A stretch of 64,000 nt of DNA from Vitrella brassicaformis CCMP3155 (lineage: Eukaryota > Protista > Chromerida), in NCBI GenBank assembly GCA_001179505.1, contig CDMY01001052.1, positions 153,486-217,485 on the forward strand, read 5' to 3'. Positions 50,139 through 60,918 of this stretch are shown here, in pieces; the stretch's first letter is position 1; the number at the start of each line of letters is the position of its first letter. The position numbers and the translations under genes were made by a program. The notes below the pieces were generated by a model that saw only the letters and a list, made by a program, of their open reading frames with translations, had not been told where the DNA came from and ran no database searches.

Positions 50139-51422
50139 GTGCAAAATGTGGCGCGAATCCACCACAAAATGCTCCTTACATGGAGAAAGTCGAATCTCGG
50201 GTCTGCCCAGCACTGTGCTGGTAAGGCCAATCAACGCACAGCAGATGGGTTCCAATGCATGCCCCTTCCCTCACTCACCAACCATCTTGTGTGTTCGTGT
50301 GCCTGCCTCGTCGTCCGGGCAGGTGCGTGCACGTGTGCGTGCGAAGCTGCCGGGACCAGTGAGCACTCGGCGACAGCAGCTGCCGACGTGGCAGCCCTCA
50401 TCAGACAGCACGGACCCACCAAAGACAGCGTCGTCGCCTTCATCCATGCGGCCGGCGCAGCCACTGACAAGATCCGCCTTCTCGCCAAGCTCATCGAGGA
50501 GGACGCCTCGCTCGTGACCACCGCCAAGCTGCACTGGTTCTGCGAGCGGCCATGGCTGGACATCATCCTGTTCCTTCTGCACAGCGGAGCCCACGCGACG
50601 GTGAACGAGGTGGATGGAGAGGGCCTCACGCCTCTGGCCAAGGCTGCCAAGAATGGCGCCACCTGCGAGACGTTGCGGACGTTGCTCGTCTGGGGCGCGT
50701 CGGCACCGCTGGCCGGCGGCATGCTGAAAGTGAACGCCGATCTGCGGTCGGTAACACACATCGCATCGCATCGCAGCACGGTCCTCTCTAACTGCATTCG
50801 TTCGTTCAGGTACGCGTATGCCATGTACCTGCGAGTCGATCTGCAGCAGGCCATCCGCTCGGCCGTCCACAGCACCTTCCATTCAGTGGCCGTCACCGCC
50901 CGGCTGCTGGAGACCCTCGACAGCCCCGCGCGCCCCTTCCCCGTCAGCGACGCCGGCGTCGCTTACACGATCGCATCCTTCCTCCTAGACCTCAAGGCCA
51001 TCCACACACACTTCCCCAAGGGAGATGCCCTGACGCGCCGCATTCACACGGCCCTCTTGCATGCGGTGTGCTCGACGGCGTCCACGTGCGGCAACAAGCT
51101 GGCCGCGGCAGAGACGCAGGCGCCGGAGCAGCAGTGCTTTGCTGTGAAGGACCTGTGTGGCCGGCGGCTGTGTCTGCGTGAGGTGGTGCGGCAAGCGGTG
51201 AGGAGGGGTCGGGCGGGGGCCTTTTCGTTCCACTCCGGCCGTCTGTGTGCGCGAGTCCCAGTCCTGCCTCCGTCTGTCTGTGGTTCTTTCTTCTTTCAGG
51301 TTCGTGAGGAGCTGACGGTTTGGGGTTTGTCGCCGCTATGTGAGGCATTCGAGTGGCGGCGTTTGGGAGGTGTGGAGCGGGCCGGGGAGGGAGAGCGGTT
51401 CGTGGCCTTTGATGGCCTGTGA
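50139..51422 (+). CDS. Ankyrin-repeat protein of a lineage-expanded family; start uncertain
   Basis: 427-codon ORF with IILFLLHSGAHATVNEVDGEGLTPLAKAAKNG..LRTLLVWGA. Confidence 0.75.
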   Translation: MQNVARIHHKMLLTWRKSNLGSAQHCAGKANQRTADGFQCMPLPSLTNHLVCSCACLVVRAGACTCACEAAGTSEHSATAAADVAALIRQHGPTKDSVVAFIHAAGAATDKIRLLAKLIEEDASLVTTAKLHWFCERPWLDIILFLLHSGAHATVNEVDGEGLTPLAKAAKNGATCETLRTLLVWGASAPLAGGMLKVNADLRSVTHIASHRSTVLSNCIRSFRYAYAMYLRVDLQQAIRSAVHSTFHSVAVTARLLETLDSPARPFPVSDAGVAYTIASFLLDLKAIHTHFPKGDALTRRIHTALLHAVCSTASTCGNKLAAAETQAPEQQCFAVKDLCGRRLCLREVVRQAVRRGRAGAFSFHSGRLCARVPVLPPSVCGSFFFQVREELTVWGLSPLCEAFEWRRLGGVERAGEGERFVAFDGL

Positions 51423-52017
51423 GTAGATATGTATGTATCTGTGTGTGTGTGGTGGTTGGCCCCTCCCTCCCCGGTGTGGTCTCTGTGTGTTTGCGTGCAT
51501 TGCAATCATTGCTGTCCGTCTTGCGTGCATATTGTGTGGATACATACATGTGTGTTATATATGTAATTGTATTGTGTGTATGCTCTGATTGACTGACTGA
51601 CTAGTGTGGTGTGGTGTGCAGGGAGGCCATGCCATGTGTCTTTAGGCATGGGGTGCCTGCAGTAGGGACTGGCTTTGTCAAGCCTGCCTTTATCAGCCGT
51701 GCGTTGTGTGTGTGTGTTTGGCATCAATCAACATATATATAATGGAGCAACCAACACTTGACCAAAACCACACACACACATGCACACGCATCGCACAAGT
51801 CGATTACGTCTTATCATCATCCATCGTATTCTTCTGTGCCTGACAGTCGTCATTTCAGTTTGTTTCCGTGCACATCAATCACATCGATCATCGACACAGG
51901 CAGGCAGACAGACACGAGAGAGATCAGGACACACACCCACACGCACAAGCACACTCACATGCGATAATACACCAAACAACACACACACACACCCACCACA
52001 TGCGATCCTCCCCCTCC

Positions 52018-52317
52018 NNNNNNNNNNNNNNNNNNNNNNNNNNNNNNNNNNNNNNNNNNNNNNNNNNNNNNNNNNNNNNNNNNNNNNNNNNNNNNNNNNN
52101 NNNNNNNNNNNNNNNNNNNNNNNNNNNNNNNNNNNNNNNNNNNNNNNNNNNNNNNNNNNNNNNNNNNNNNNNNNNNNNNNNNNNNNNNNNNNNNNNNNNN
52201 NNNNNNNNNNNNNNNNNNNNNNNNNNNNNNNNNNNNNNNNNNNNNNNNNNNNNNNNNNNNNNNNNNNNNNNNNNNNNNNNNNNNNNNNNNNNNNNNNNNN
52301 NNNNNNNNNNNNNNNNN
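52018..52317. other. Assembly gap (300 N)
   Basis: Run of N in the intergenic region, preceded by a C-rich run. Confidence 0.99.
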
Positions 52318-52958
52318 CACAGGCCACGCACGAGGGAACACATGTGTACAACAAAACCATCCCCCGTGCGTGCTGTCTGGCTGTCTCTGTCTCTCCATCC
52401 ATCCATCCATCCGTCCACTCACTCTCCCACTCACTAAGGTCCATCCATCCATCATCCATCTACCAGCTGACGTGTGCATTTCCTACCACCTCACCCCACC
52501 TCACCCCACCTCATCTAATTCATTTGCCGTCGCCGGCCGACTGCACTCAGTCGAAAATTCGCGTATGTATCTCTCTATATGCAGCCTTCCTTGCAAGCCA
52601 GACAGACAGCCATGTTGGGGTGTGTGTGTGTGTGTGTGTAAGGTACACCTTCATTCCTTCGTTCTGTACACCGAGCAAACAAAGGGCATAGGTGGGTGGA
52701 CGGCCCGGATGGTTGGATGGACAATAGATATTTATTTCGCGGGCGGGGCGGCAAGCAACATTGCTATACATACACACACATGCATACAGCGGCGTCCTTA
52801 GGCACACGTGCATCGGTGCACCCATGCCCACGGCCGCCCGCCGTTTTGTATGCATCTTTGTACACACACACTTCGCCAGCTGGCTATGTACACACATACA
52901 CACATACATATCTCTCAGGTCAGTCAGAACGTCACATCAAATATGATGAGGACATCGA

Positions 52959-55828
52959 TCACAGGGCCGTCAGCCGTCTCCCCTCATCCTCATTGTCATC
53001 GGGAATGAAGTCGGCGTCGGGCGGGGGCGTGCTGGCGGCCAGCCACTCGGCGCTGCTGACGGTGGCTCGGTCGTTGCACAAGTAGTACTCGCCGATATTG
53101 TGCTCCGTCAGGGTGCGCATGGTGCGGTTGCTCTCCATCGTCAGCCCCTCACCCACGTGCCACACGCCGCCCTTTTTGCCCGACCAGGCCTGGTCGTCAC
53201 ACGGGTCGGTCGGCCAGTCGAAGGGCAGCCTGCCGACCACTGGCACCTCCCCAAAGAGCACGTCGGCAATGCCCCCGCCCTCGGTGCCCGGCAGCCAGGC
53301 CACCACAAAGCCCTCCGACAGATTGATGATGCGGTTGGCGTACAGCGGCCGGCCGGTGAACATGACAGTGACGATGGGCGTGTCCGGGAAGCGCGCACGT
53401 GTGGTCTCGAGCACCTGCATGTCGTACCAGGCGTCGCCATCCTCTTCCAGCCTGATAACGCCCCCTGCCCTCGCGAAGGAGACCGTCTGGTTCATGAAGA
53501 TGTCGCCCTTCTCTTCGGAGTAGGGGTTCTCCGAGACGACCACAATGACGGCGTCATAGCCATCAGCAACGCCCTCCGTGAGGTTGAACGAGTAATCCAC
53601 CGCTATGCCCTTCTGCTGGATGCCCCCGAAGAGCGTCGTGGCGTTGCCGAACATCTCGTTGCCATTGTTCTTGTCCCCCAGCCAGTCGACCGACCAGCCG
53701 CCGCATTGCAGCGCGACAGCATCGCCGCCCCGCCCGACCACGAGAATCTTCTGGTCGGTCTTCAAAGGCAGCACGTTGCCATTGTTCTTGAGCAGCACGA
53801 TCGACTTCTGCACGGCCTCACGCGCAACGTCGCGGTGCAAGTTCGAACCGATATAGTGACCTGTCCATGCAGAGAGACAGATGATGGATGGAGTGTGGCA
53901 AAAGAGACTGGTCTCACCTTCTGCTTCGAGTGCGCTCCCGCGTTGCCATGGTGTCGGCCGTGGTCCGTTTGGTGTGGCGATGGACGAGATGTAGCCCATC
54001 CGTGCCTTCACCCGGATGATGCGTGTGGCGGCGTCGTTGATGCGCTCTTCGGGGATGATTCCGGCATTCACTTGGTCGATGATGTTGGTCATGAAGCCCT
54101 TCCAGTCATCGCCCCACGCCATCATATACACGTCGATACCTGCACCCATCAGAGCCATCACAACACAACACGCGTACTAATGAAATGAAGTTGATGTGTG
54201 TGTGTGTGTGTGGGTGGGTGGGGGTCGATTGGGGGAGGGTGGTTTATGGCAAACACACCGGCGTTGACGGCGTGTGGGCAGGTCCATCTGTCGCAGTTTT
54301 TGACGTGCTGGTGGCCGACGTAGTCGCTGATGACGATGCCGTCGAAGCCCAGGGTGTCTTTGAGGACCGTCTGGATCAGGTGCTTGTGCCCGTGCATCTT
54401 CAGACCATTGTATGACGAAAAACTCACCTGCACATCCACACAGCCGCACAAACAAAACACCAGATAGGTAGGTATCCATCCACACACCCACACACCACAC
54501 CCTCCCAGCCATGCCATGCCCTCACACCGACCGCACCATGATGGTGGCGACACCGGCCTCAATGGCGTCAAAGTAGGGGATGGCATGCTCGAGCATCAGC
54601 TGCTTCTCGCCCATGTACACATCTCCCGCATCGATGCCCTCCTCTGTCGCACCGTCACCGATCCAGTGCTTGGCCGACGCCAACACGTGCCGTCCGTCGA
54701 GGTACTGCGCCCCGCCGTCCACATCGGGATCGCCTTGCAGGCCCTTGATCATGGCCGTACCCAGCCGCCGGACCATCTCGGGGTCGGACGAGTAGCCCTC
54801 GTACACGCGGCCCCACCTGAGATTCTTGGGCATGGCGATGCAGGGGGCGAATGCCCAGTCGATGCCCACCAATGTCAGCTGAGCCGCCGTCATCTCGCCG
54901 ATCCTGTAGATATATGGGAGACCGTGGGAATGAATACGTGGTGTGTCCGTGCTGTGTGTCTTGCTCACTTCTTCATGAGCTCCGTGTCGTTGGCCGCCCC
55001 GAGGCCGATGTTGTGGGGGAAGAGAGCACCTTTGGGCTGGTTGTTGTGCCCGTGAATGGCGTCTAAGCAACAAACAAACCAACCGATGTGGCTGGCGTGT
55101 CTGTTGTGTCTGTCGTACTGCCCGCCCCGCCCCGCCCTGCTCCGTGCAGTGCAGTGACTGACCGATTCCCCATATGTAGGGTATCTTAACGCCCTGCTGC
55201 TCGACGGCCGAGTTGAGGATGCCCTCGGCCGTGTTGAGCCACTCGTACGCCTCGTGTGTACCGATGGTTGAACCTGACACACACAACCAAACAGGCGCAC
55301 AGACAGACAGACAGAAGAGCCTTGTCCAAGCAGGCCGATTGACAGACAGACAAAAGCCTTCTCTCACCAGGGCCAGAAAGCAGTGAGCCGAGGCTGAATC
55401 CCCGCTCGTTGTGGATGGCCATGAGGTCGGTCTCTGGCGCGCCCACCTGCATCATCTGCGCCACCTTCTGCTCAAGCGTCATCCCGTCTACTATCCTGAC
55501 AATTGGCCAAACAACACACACAAGCAGCAGCAGGACACACACGTGTGGTGCCTTAGATAAGCTGTCCCCTGTCTGTGTGCCCCGCCCAGCCCAGCACGCA
55601 CCGTTTGATCTCGGCCTCCATTGCTGGGTCCTTTTTCGGCATCACATTGAGGTCTGTCGGCCACGGCGCGTTGAGCGTCCCGTTGGCGGTGCCGTCGGCC
55701 TCCTGCAGCAGCCTGGCGAGCAGCTCATACCTGCCGCGGGTCTGGGGCTGGTGTGCCGCTGTTGCTGCTGATAGTGACGCTGCGATAGTTGCTAGGAGAA
55801 GGAGGGAAGTTTGCCGTGCCATCTTCAT
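52959..55828 (-). CDS. Secreted glycoside hydrolase family 3 beta-glucosidase / beta-glucan exohydrolase, multi-exon
   Basis: Signal peptide (LLLLATIAASLSAATA), MTLEQKVAQM, DAIHGHNN..FPHNIGLGA, RWGRVYEGYSSDP, SAKHWIGDG, nucleophile motif LGFDGIVISDY, LLKNNGNVLPL, QCGGWS, ENPYSE, AWLPGTEG. Confidence 0.95.
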
Positions 55829-56485
55829 CACCACACAAGTATAGACAAGGGCAACCGCCTCAAAATGGCCGTTGGAAGGGGTGGCAGCCGTTGAGGTTCT
55901 CTATCCCGGCCGCGGCCAATATTCCACGCGCGTCGCTTTCCTTCCCCCGTAGGCAGATGTGTGTGTAGCGGTAGGGCTTCCCCCTGTGAGTATACCGGAG
56001 GGACCTGGCTGACATACAAGACAGACAGACGAAGGGCAGGCAGACAGATGAGCCGCGGGTGCAGCCTGTCTGTCCATCCTGGTCGACCTACCTACTACCT
56101 GTCCGTGTGCGCGTGTGCGCCTTAGTCCCTGCGGACATCATATCGATTCCTTCGATGAATGTCTGTGTATCCGTCCGTCCGTCCATTTGTGTCGATCCTC
56201 TTGTACAGTACGTACGTACAGGAACGCACCCAAAAATCGTCCGTCACAGGTTAGGTTCCTTTTGTGTCCTTTCCCTGGCTGACACACTCACTCCCCAGAG
56301 ATGCACTGGCATGGCATCAAATGCACTGCACTGCACCCACAGTGCTTCCCTCCTCTACAACTACATCCTCTCCTCGACAAGACAACAGACATACGGCAAA
56401 AATACCCTCAACGTGTGACAAGAAACTACCGAGTACTGCCTGCCCTGCCCTCAGGTCAGTCAGTCAGTCAGTCAGTCAATCGCAT

Positions 56486-57367
56486 TCAGTGGAAGAAGAT
56501 CGGCAGCCACTGCTTCTCCTGCGCCAGTGTTTGATCGTCACTGATCCAGCCCAGCTCATCCCTCAGCTGCTCCATGTGGGCCCGCTGGAACTGGTTCCCG
56601 TTGATGCACCCAGGAGTGAGGCAGAAGGGCGTCGGTGGGAGGGTCACTTGCTGCACCACACACACGCACACCCACACACGTTGACGCCGCACATGCCTGT
56701 CTGTCTTGTCTGTCTGTCCGCGTGAATGTGTGTGTTCCTCGTCTGCTCCCTCCCCAGCTTGACTCACCGAGATGCATCGGAAGAAAATGCGATCCCTGTC
56801 GGGCGGAAACATGAGCTCCACATCCTCCTGCACCCCAGGTATCCATGTGCTTCTCGTCGCGTACACATACCCCTTGTCCACATCTGTCTTGACCAGGGTG
56901 TAATCCTGGCTCTCCGCCAGGTGGCGGATGGTCCGCAGGATCTCCTTGTCGCGCCGGTCCAGCCCGCTGTACACAAAGGGTGAGAGGAAGTGGTTTGGGC
57001 TGCGGAAGCTCGTAGTCGACACGCAGTTTGACTCGATCGGGCAGTCGTGCAGAGTGGCGGTCTCGGTGAGGCCCAGATTGTATTTGGATCTCTGGGGAAA
57101 CACGTCGAGCGGCTGCACATCTGTGCCGATAGGCGCCACCTTCACGTTGGCTGGCGGCTCGACTTGAGCAAGGGGCAGAGAGGGAGGGGGAGAAAAGACC
57201 GCCAGCAGAGGAAGGAGCCCCTTGGTGATGACGCCGAGGAGCGGCGGCAGAGGCACGTAAGCAGGGTCGGGCTGTGCATCCGTCGGACTCAACAGCGAAG
57301 GCGCATGCGGCGAGCACGAAGGCCGCCCTGAGGCTCGAAAGCTGTTGGCACGCTGGTTGAATTTCAT
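56486..57367 (-). CDS. DUF1499 family protein (algal type, probably plastid), 2 exons
   Basis: LHDCPIESNCVSTT, GYVYA..EDVELMF..IFFR, and C-terminal PFCLTPGCINGN..MEQLRDELGW. Confidence 0.8.
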   Translation of the reverse strand: MKFNQRANSFRASGRPSCSPHAPSLLSPTDAQPDPAYVPLPPLLGVITKGLLPLLAVFSPPPSLPLAQVEPPANVKVAPIGTDVQPLDVFPQRSKYNLGLTETATLHDCPIESNCVSTTSFRSPNHFLSPFVYSGLDRRDKEILRTIRHLAESQDYTLVKTDVDKGYVYATRSTWIPGVQEDVELMFPPDRDRIFFRCISVSQAGEGADEEHTHSRGQTDKTDRHVRRQRVWVCVCVVQQVTLPPTPFCLTPGCINGNQFQRAHMEQLRDELGWISDDQTLAQEKQWLPIFFH

Positions 57368-57435
57368 TCCGCTGATACGAGATACCGGGCCGGTGCTCGA
57401 CAGCTGCGATGGCAATTTGGTGCGTTACTCGCCAA

Positions 57436-57456
57436 AGATCTCACGAGGTGAGATCT
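57436..57456. promoter_or_regulatory. Perfect inverted repeat AGATCTCAC-GAG-GTGAGATCT in the DUF1499/ferredoxin divergent spacer
   Basis: 9-bp arms with a 3-nt spacer, seen directly. Function is inferred. Confidence 0.5.
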
Positions 57457-57567
57457 GAGCTCGCAGTCGGAGCTCGCAGCCGAAAAAGGGGCTCCGAAAC
57501 CGCTGCTGCTGGAACGGAACTGCTCGAGGTGGAGCTTCGCAGCGTTAAGTCGCGCGGCGGTTGAAAA

Positions 57568-58313
57568 ATGGAGAGTCTGCGTCGTGAAGCGTTCGCAGTC
57601 CTCAGGCGGACCAGAATGCCGGTCCCGCCTCCTCCCTTGGCGCTGCCGAGGATGTCGAGGAGATGGTTCAGCCACCCGGGAGCATGGAACGACAAAGCAG
57701 AGAAAATGTAGGCGCACAGCACACAGCGAAAAGAGGTTGGCATAGCACCTGCCGATCTGTGTGTGTGTGTGTGTCTGTGCTGCAGAACAGTGCACTTTCT
57801 GCTTAAGGATGGCTCCAAGAAGACTGTTGAAGCGCCTATCGGCACGTCAGTGCTCGAAGTGGCGCACCACTATGACATCGACATTGAAGGTGCGCAGCGA
57901 ACCACACAGGTGGCTGCTCAACTCACCCTCTCTGCATCTGTCTGTCTGTCTGTCTGTCTGTGTCAGGTGCGTGTGAGGCGTCGCTTGCGTGTTCCACCTG
58001 TCATGTCATACTGGAAGAGGAGTACTTCGACAAGCTGGAGGAGGCCACGGAGAGGGAAGAAGACCTCCTTGACATGGCACCGGGACTCGCCGAAACGTAC
58101 GCCCACACTCACACAGACGCGCGAGAAGAGAATACGGTCGATTGGCGCATGTACTCATGGCAACTGCCTGTCTGCCTGTCTGTCTGCCTGTGTGTCAGGT
58201 CGCGGCTTGGCTGTCAGGTGATATGTGCGCCAGAGCTGGATGGCATGACCGTCAAGCTGCCGTCAGTCACCAGGAACTTCTACGTGGACGGCCATGTCCC
58301 CAAGCCGCACTGA
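57568..58313 (+). CDS. FDX: Mitochondrial [2Fe-2S] ferredoxin (adrenodoxin type), 4 exons
   Basis: Presequence [16 protein letters not shown].., [49 protein letters not shown]. Confidence 0.95.
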
Positions 58314-58729
58314 TTAACCGATCTGTACATCGAGATGGACTAAGGCACGTGCGCATTGGATTCATGGAGTACTGTACGAGATGGGATGGCGGCCCTTTTT
58401 CCGTGTGGTGTGTACATGAGTTTTTGACCACGGGCTGTCTTTCTGGAGCGAGCGTGCCATGTGCCGTGCATGTGATGCATGATTGACATGATTCGATTCG
58501 CTGGATGGCCGTCGGAAACCGACTGAGCCTCCACCAACGAGTAGTCAATATGGATGATGCAGGGAAAATCACTCTGGCATGAACGTGAACAGGCAGGCAC
58601 CTTTCGGAGAGCCAACCATTTGGTCATGTGCATGGGGAAGAGAAGCCCAACATTGCGCAGTGTTTTGGTCGGCCGACCTCAGGCACCACCGTCGCCCCCC
58701 CGCCACGACTCACATCATTGACTTCCATC

Positions 58730-59656
58730 AGGACCGCCGGGGAATCCGTCGAGAATCGCGCAGTCAAGACGTAAACAAGATTGCGGCGCCTCCAAGACCT
58801 TCATCAACGGCACCGATCCCTCCCACACACACAAGCTTGATCCCCCGGCACCATCCCCTCCCCCCGCAGCCAACAAGAAGAAGCCGCCATCCAAGTCAGC
58901 AGCCAAGAAGGCCAACAGGCGTGCCTCAACCCCGCCCTCTCCTGCCCCCTCCAAACCAGTTGACAAGAAGACCAACAATGCACAGACGCAAAGAAGACGC
59001 CCAAGGAGGCTCGCTCAGCCAAGAAGGCGCCCCACACTTCCTGCCCTTACAAAAATGCCGGTCGCGTTGAGGAGTGGAGCGAGATGCACATGGAGTGGCG
59101 GTTAAAGGAGCAAATCTCTTTTCTATGCATGGAGAAGCTACCCGAAGACGCAGAGACACTACCGCCTTTTCTCAAGGGCGAGAGAAAGGAGGGTGGCGGC
59201 ACTGAATGTGCTGCAGCCTTGATGGGGTGATGAAGAACGGCGGTATCGATTCGGCGGTGAACAGCATTCGGCCTCGAAGCAGCGAAGCCGACTTCAGCTT
59301 CTGCCTTGCCACGATGGCCCCCGAACAGACCCACGCAGCCCATTTCGTCCGCAACGTTGCCGGACATCACACATCACGTGGGTGCGCCAAAGGTGGGTGC
59401 GTATGTGTTGTCGGACATCCTCGAGGGCAAGCCCACGGCCAAGGGCAGCCCCTACCCGTCCACCTCATCCATCAGCACGGACGCCCCCCACATGCCCACG
59501 GGTGATATCGACGACATCGAAGTGCCCTTCAGCAAGGCCAAAACCAGCTCCTGGTTGAGCATCGTGTCCATCCAGAAGCTCATCATGTCGGTCATCGGCA
59601 GCTGCAAGATCGGCCCGGGTCCTGCCAAGATCGACGAGCACGAGATCATCCTCTGA
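58730..59656 (+). pseudogene. Coding-like region broken across several frames (possible frameshifted gene relic)
   Basis: Stretches with coding-type codon usage (ANKKKPPSKSAAKK; KKTPKEARSAKK; VMKNGGIDS; LSDILEGKPTAKG..) switch frame without obvious introns. Confidence 0.35.
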
Positions 59657-60190
59657 GCCCACAAGTCGTTTCGCCCCGCCCCGCTACCTACCTACCCGCC
59701 CGCCACACACCGCACGTTGTCGAAGTCAGCCCTCGAAGCTACTGTCGCCCGTCTACTGCCAATCCGCCTGCCCCCAAGCCACCCACAATCGACTGAGACC
59801 TCGTCTGCAAGCGAAGGAGGAGCAACAACAGAGTGAAGAGGGGCAGTGAGCACCGTGCAGCCATGCCTGTGGGGCGCGTATGCGGCGGTGGCCAAGGCCC
59901 GAGAGTCCCCTCCTCCAAGACGTAACTATCTCGTATTTCTTGCGTAAGAGATAGAGGCATCTGTGGACTGAAGTGTTCATCAGATCATTTTGATGTGTCG
60001 CTTGATAAGAATGAGGCATGGTGGCGGCCGGGTGAATGGCGTGCAAAGTGAAGGTACGCATGAGCTAAATCATTTAATGGAGTTCGCCAAGCTTGAGCAC
60101 GGGCGGCTCCAGCTATGCGATGAGTGAGACATTATATATTTCACCAAATGCGACTGGCCAATGGGTGGGTGTGTGTATTGCTGTATTCAT

Positions 60191-60918
60191 GTAGGATGCC
60201 TCAGTCCTCGCGTCCGCAACTTTAGCTACACCTCCTCGAAGGAGGCAGAGCGGGAGCTTGAGACGTGCATCAAGGCAACGGGTGGCGCCATCATTCGCCA
60301 GCTGTCCCTTAAGGAGCTGAAGGAGCTCAAGGAGGTCGCCGGTCTCCCTCGCGTGCCGCCCAATGCCGCACCATCGGTGTACTTCGGCGATAGAGGCAAA
60401 GACGTCAACAATCCCATCGGCGTCGAGCTCACAAGTAGGCGGCGAGAAAGGGGAACGGGCCAGTGCATGCGGGTCATACTGTGGTGCGTTGCAATGGTTT
60501 GTATGCAGATCCCAGTGAGTGCACGCGTTGCTGGCGTGACGGCAGGTGCGGCAAGTGCGGCAAGGCCGACGGTGTGGGGCCTGGGCGATGTGTTCCCTTT
60601 GCCGGCAGCGGCAAGACTTTGTTTGGGAGCATGGCGCAGTACGAGCAGACTGTGGGAAAGAAGCTGCAGGAAATGGATGTAGAGGAGGGGCTGCCGATGG
60701 CTATCAATTTCGTTGACTCCGAGTGGCAGAAGATGACCAAACGCCTGCAGGAGAAGATCATCGCGGCAGAGCAGGAGCGGGGCTTTAGAAGGGCAGATGT
60801 CCTCAAGCTGAGCCAGCAATGTCTGCAGCTGTCGACCAGCGACCGACCGACAGTGTCTGAGGTGCGACATCGGCTAGCAGGCATTGAGGACCTTGTCACG
60901 CGACTGCCAGGACCGTGA
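60191..60918 (+). CDS. Protein-kinase-like C-lobe fragment, 2 in-frame exons; 5' part missing or degenerate
   Basis: LSQQCLQLSTSDRPTVSEV resembles kinase subdomain XI. An in-frame intron lies at about 60435-60509. An upstream GRLQLCD snippet could not be joined in frame. Confidence 0.4.

Noticed and set aside
53100-54188. Long plus-strand ORF (362 aa)
   Set aside because: Antisense shadow of the GC3-rich GH3 coding exons. The same applies to the other long antisense ORFs, such as 61922-62605.
1583-58313. Aromatic-metabolism gene cluster (pirin, arylsulfotransferase, IDO-like enzyme, GH3 glucosidase, ferredoxin)
   Set aside because: The genes are spread over more than 55 kb and separated by many housekeeping genes. 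The ferredoxin is the ordinary mitochondrial type, and there is no shared targeting.
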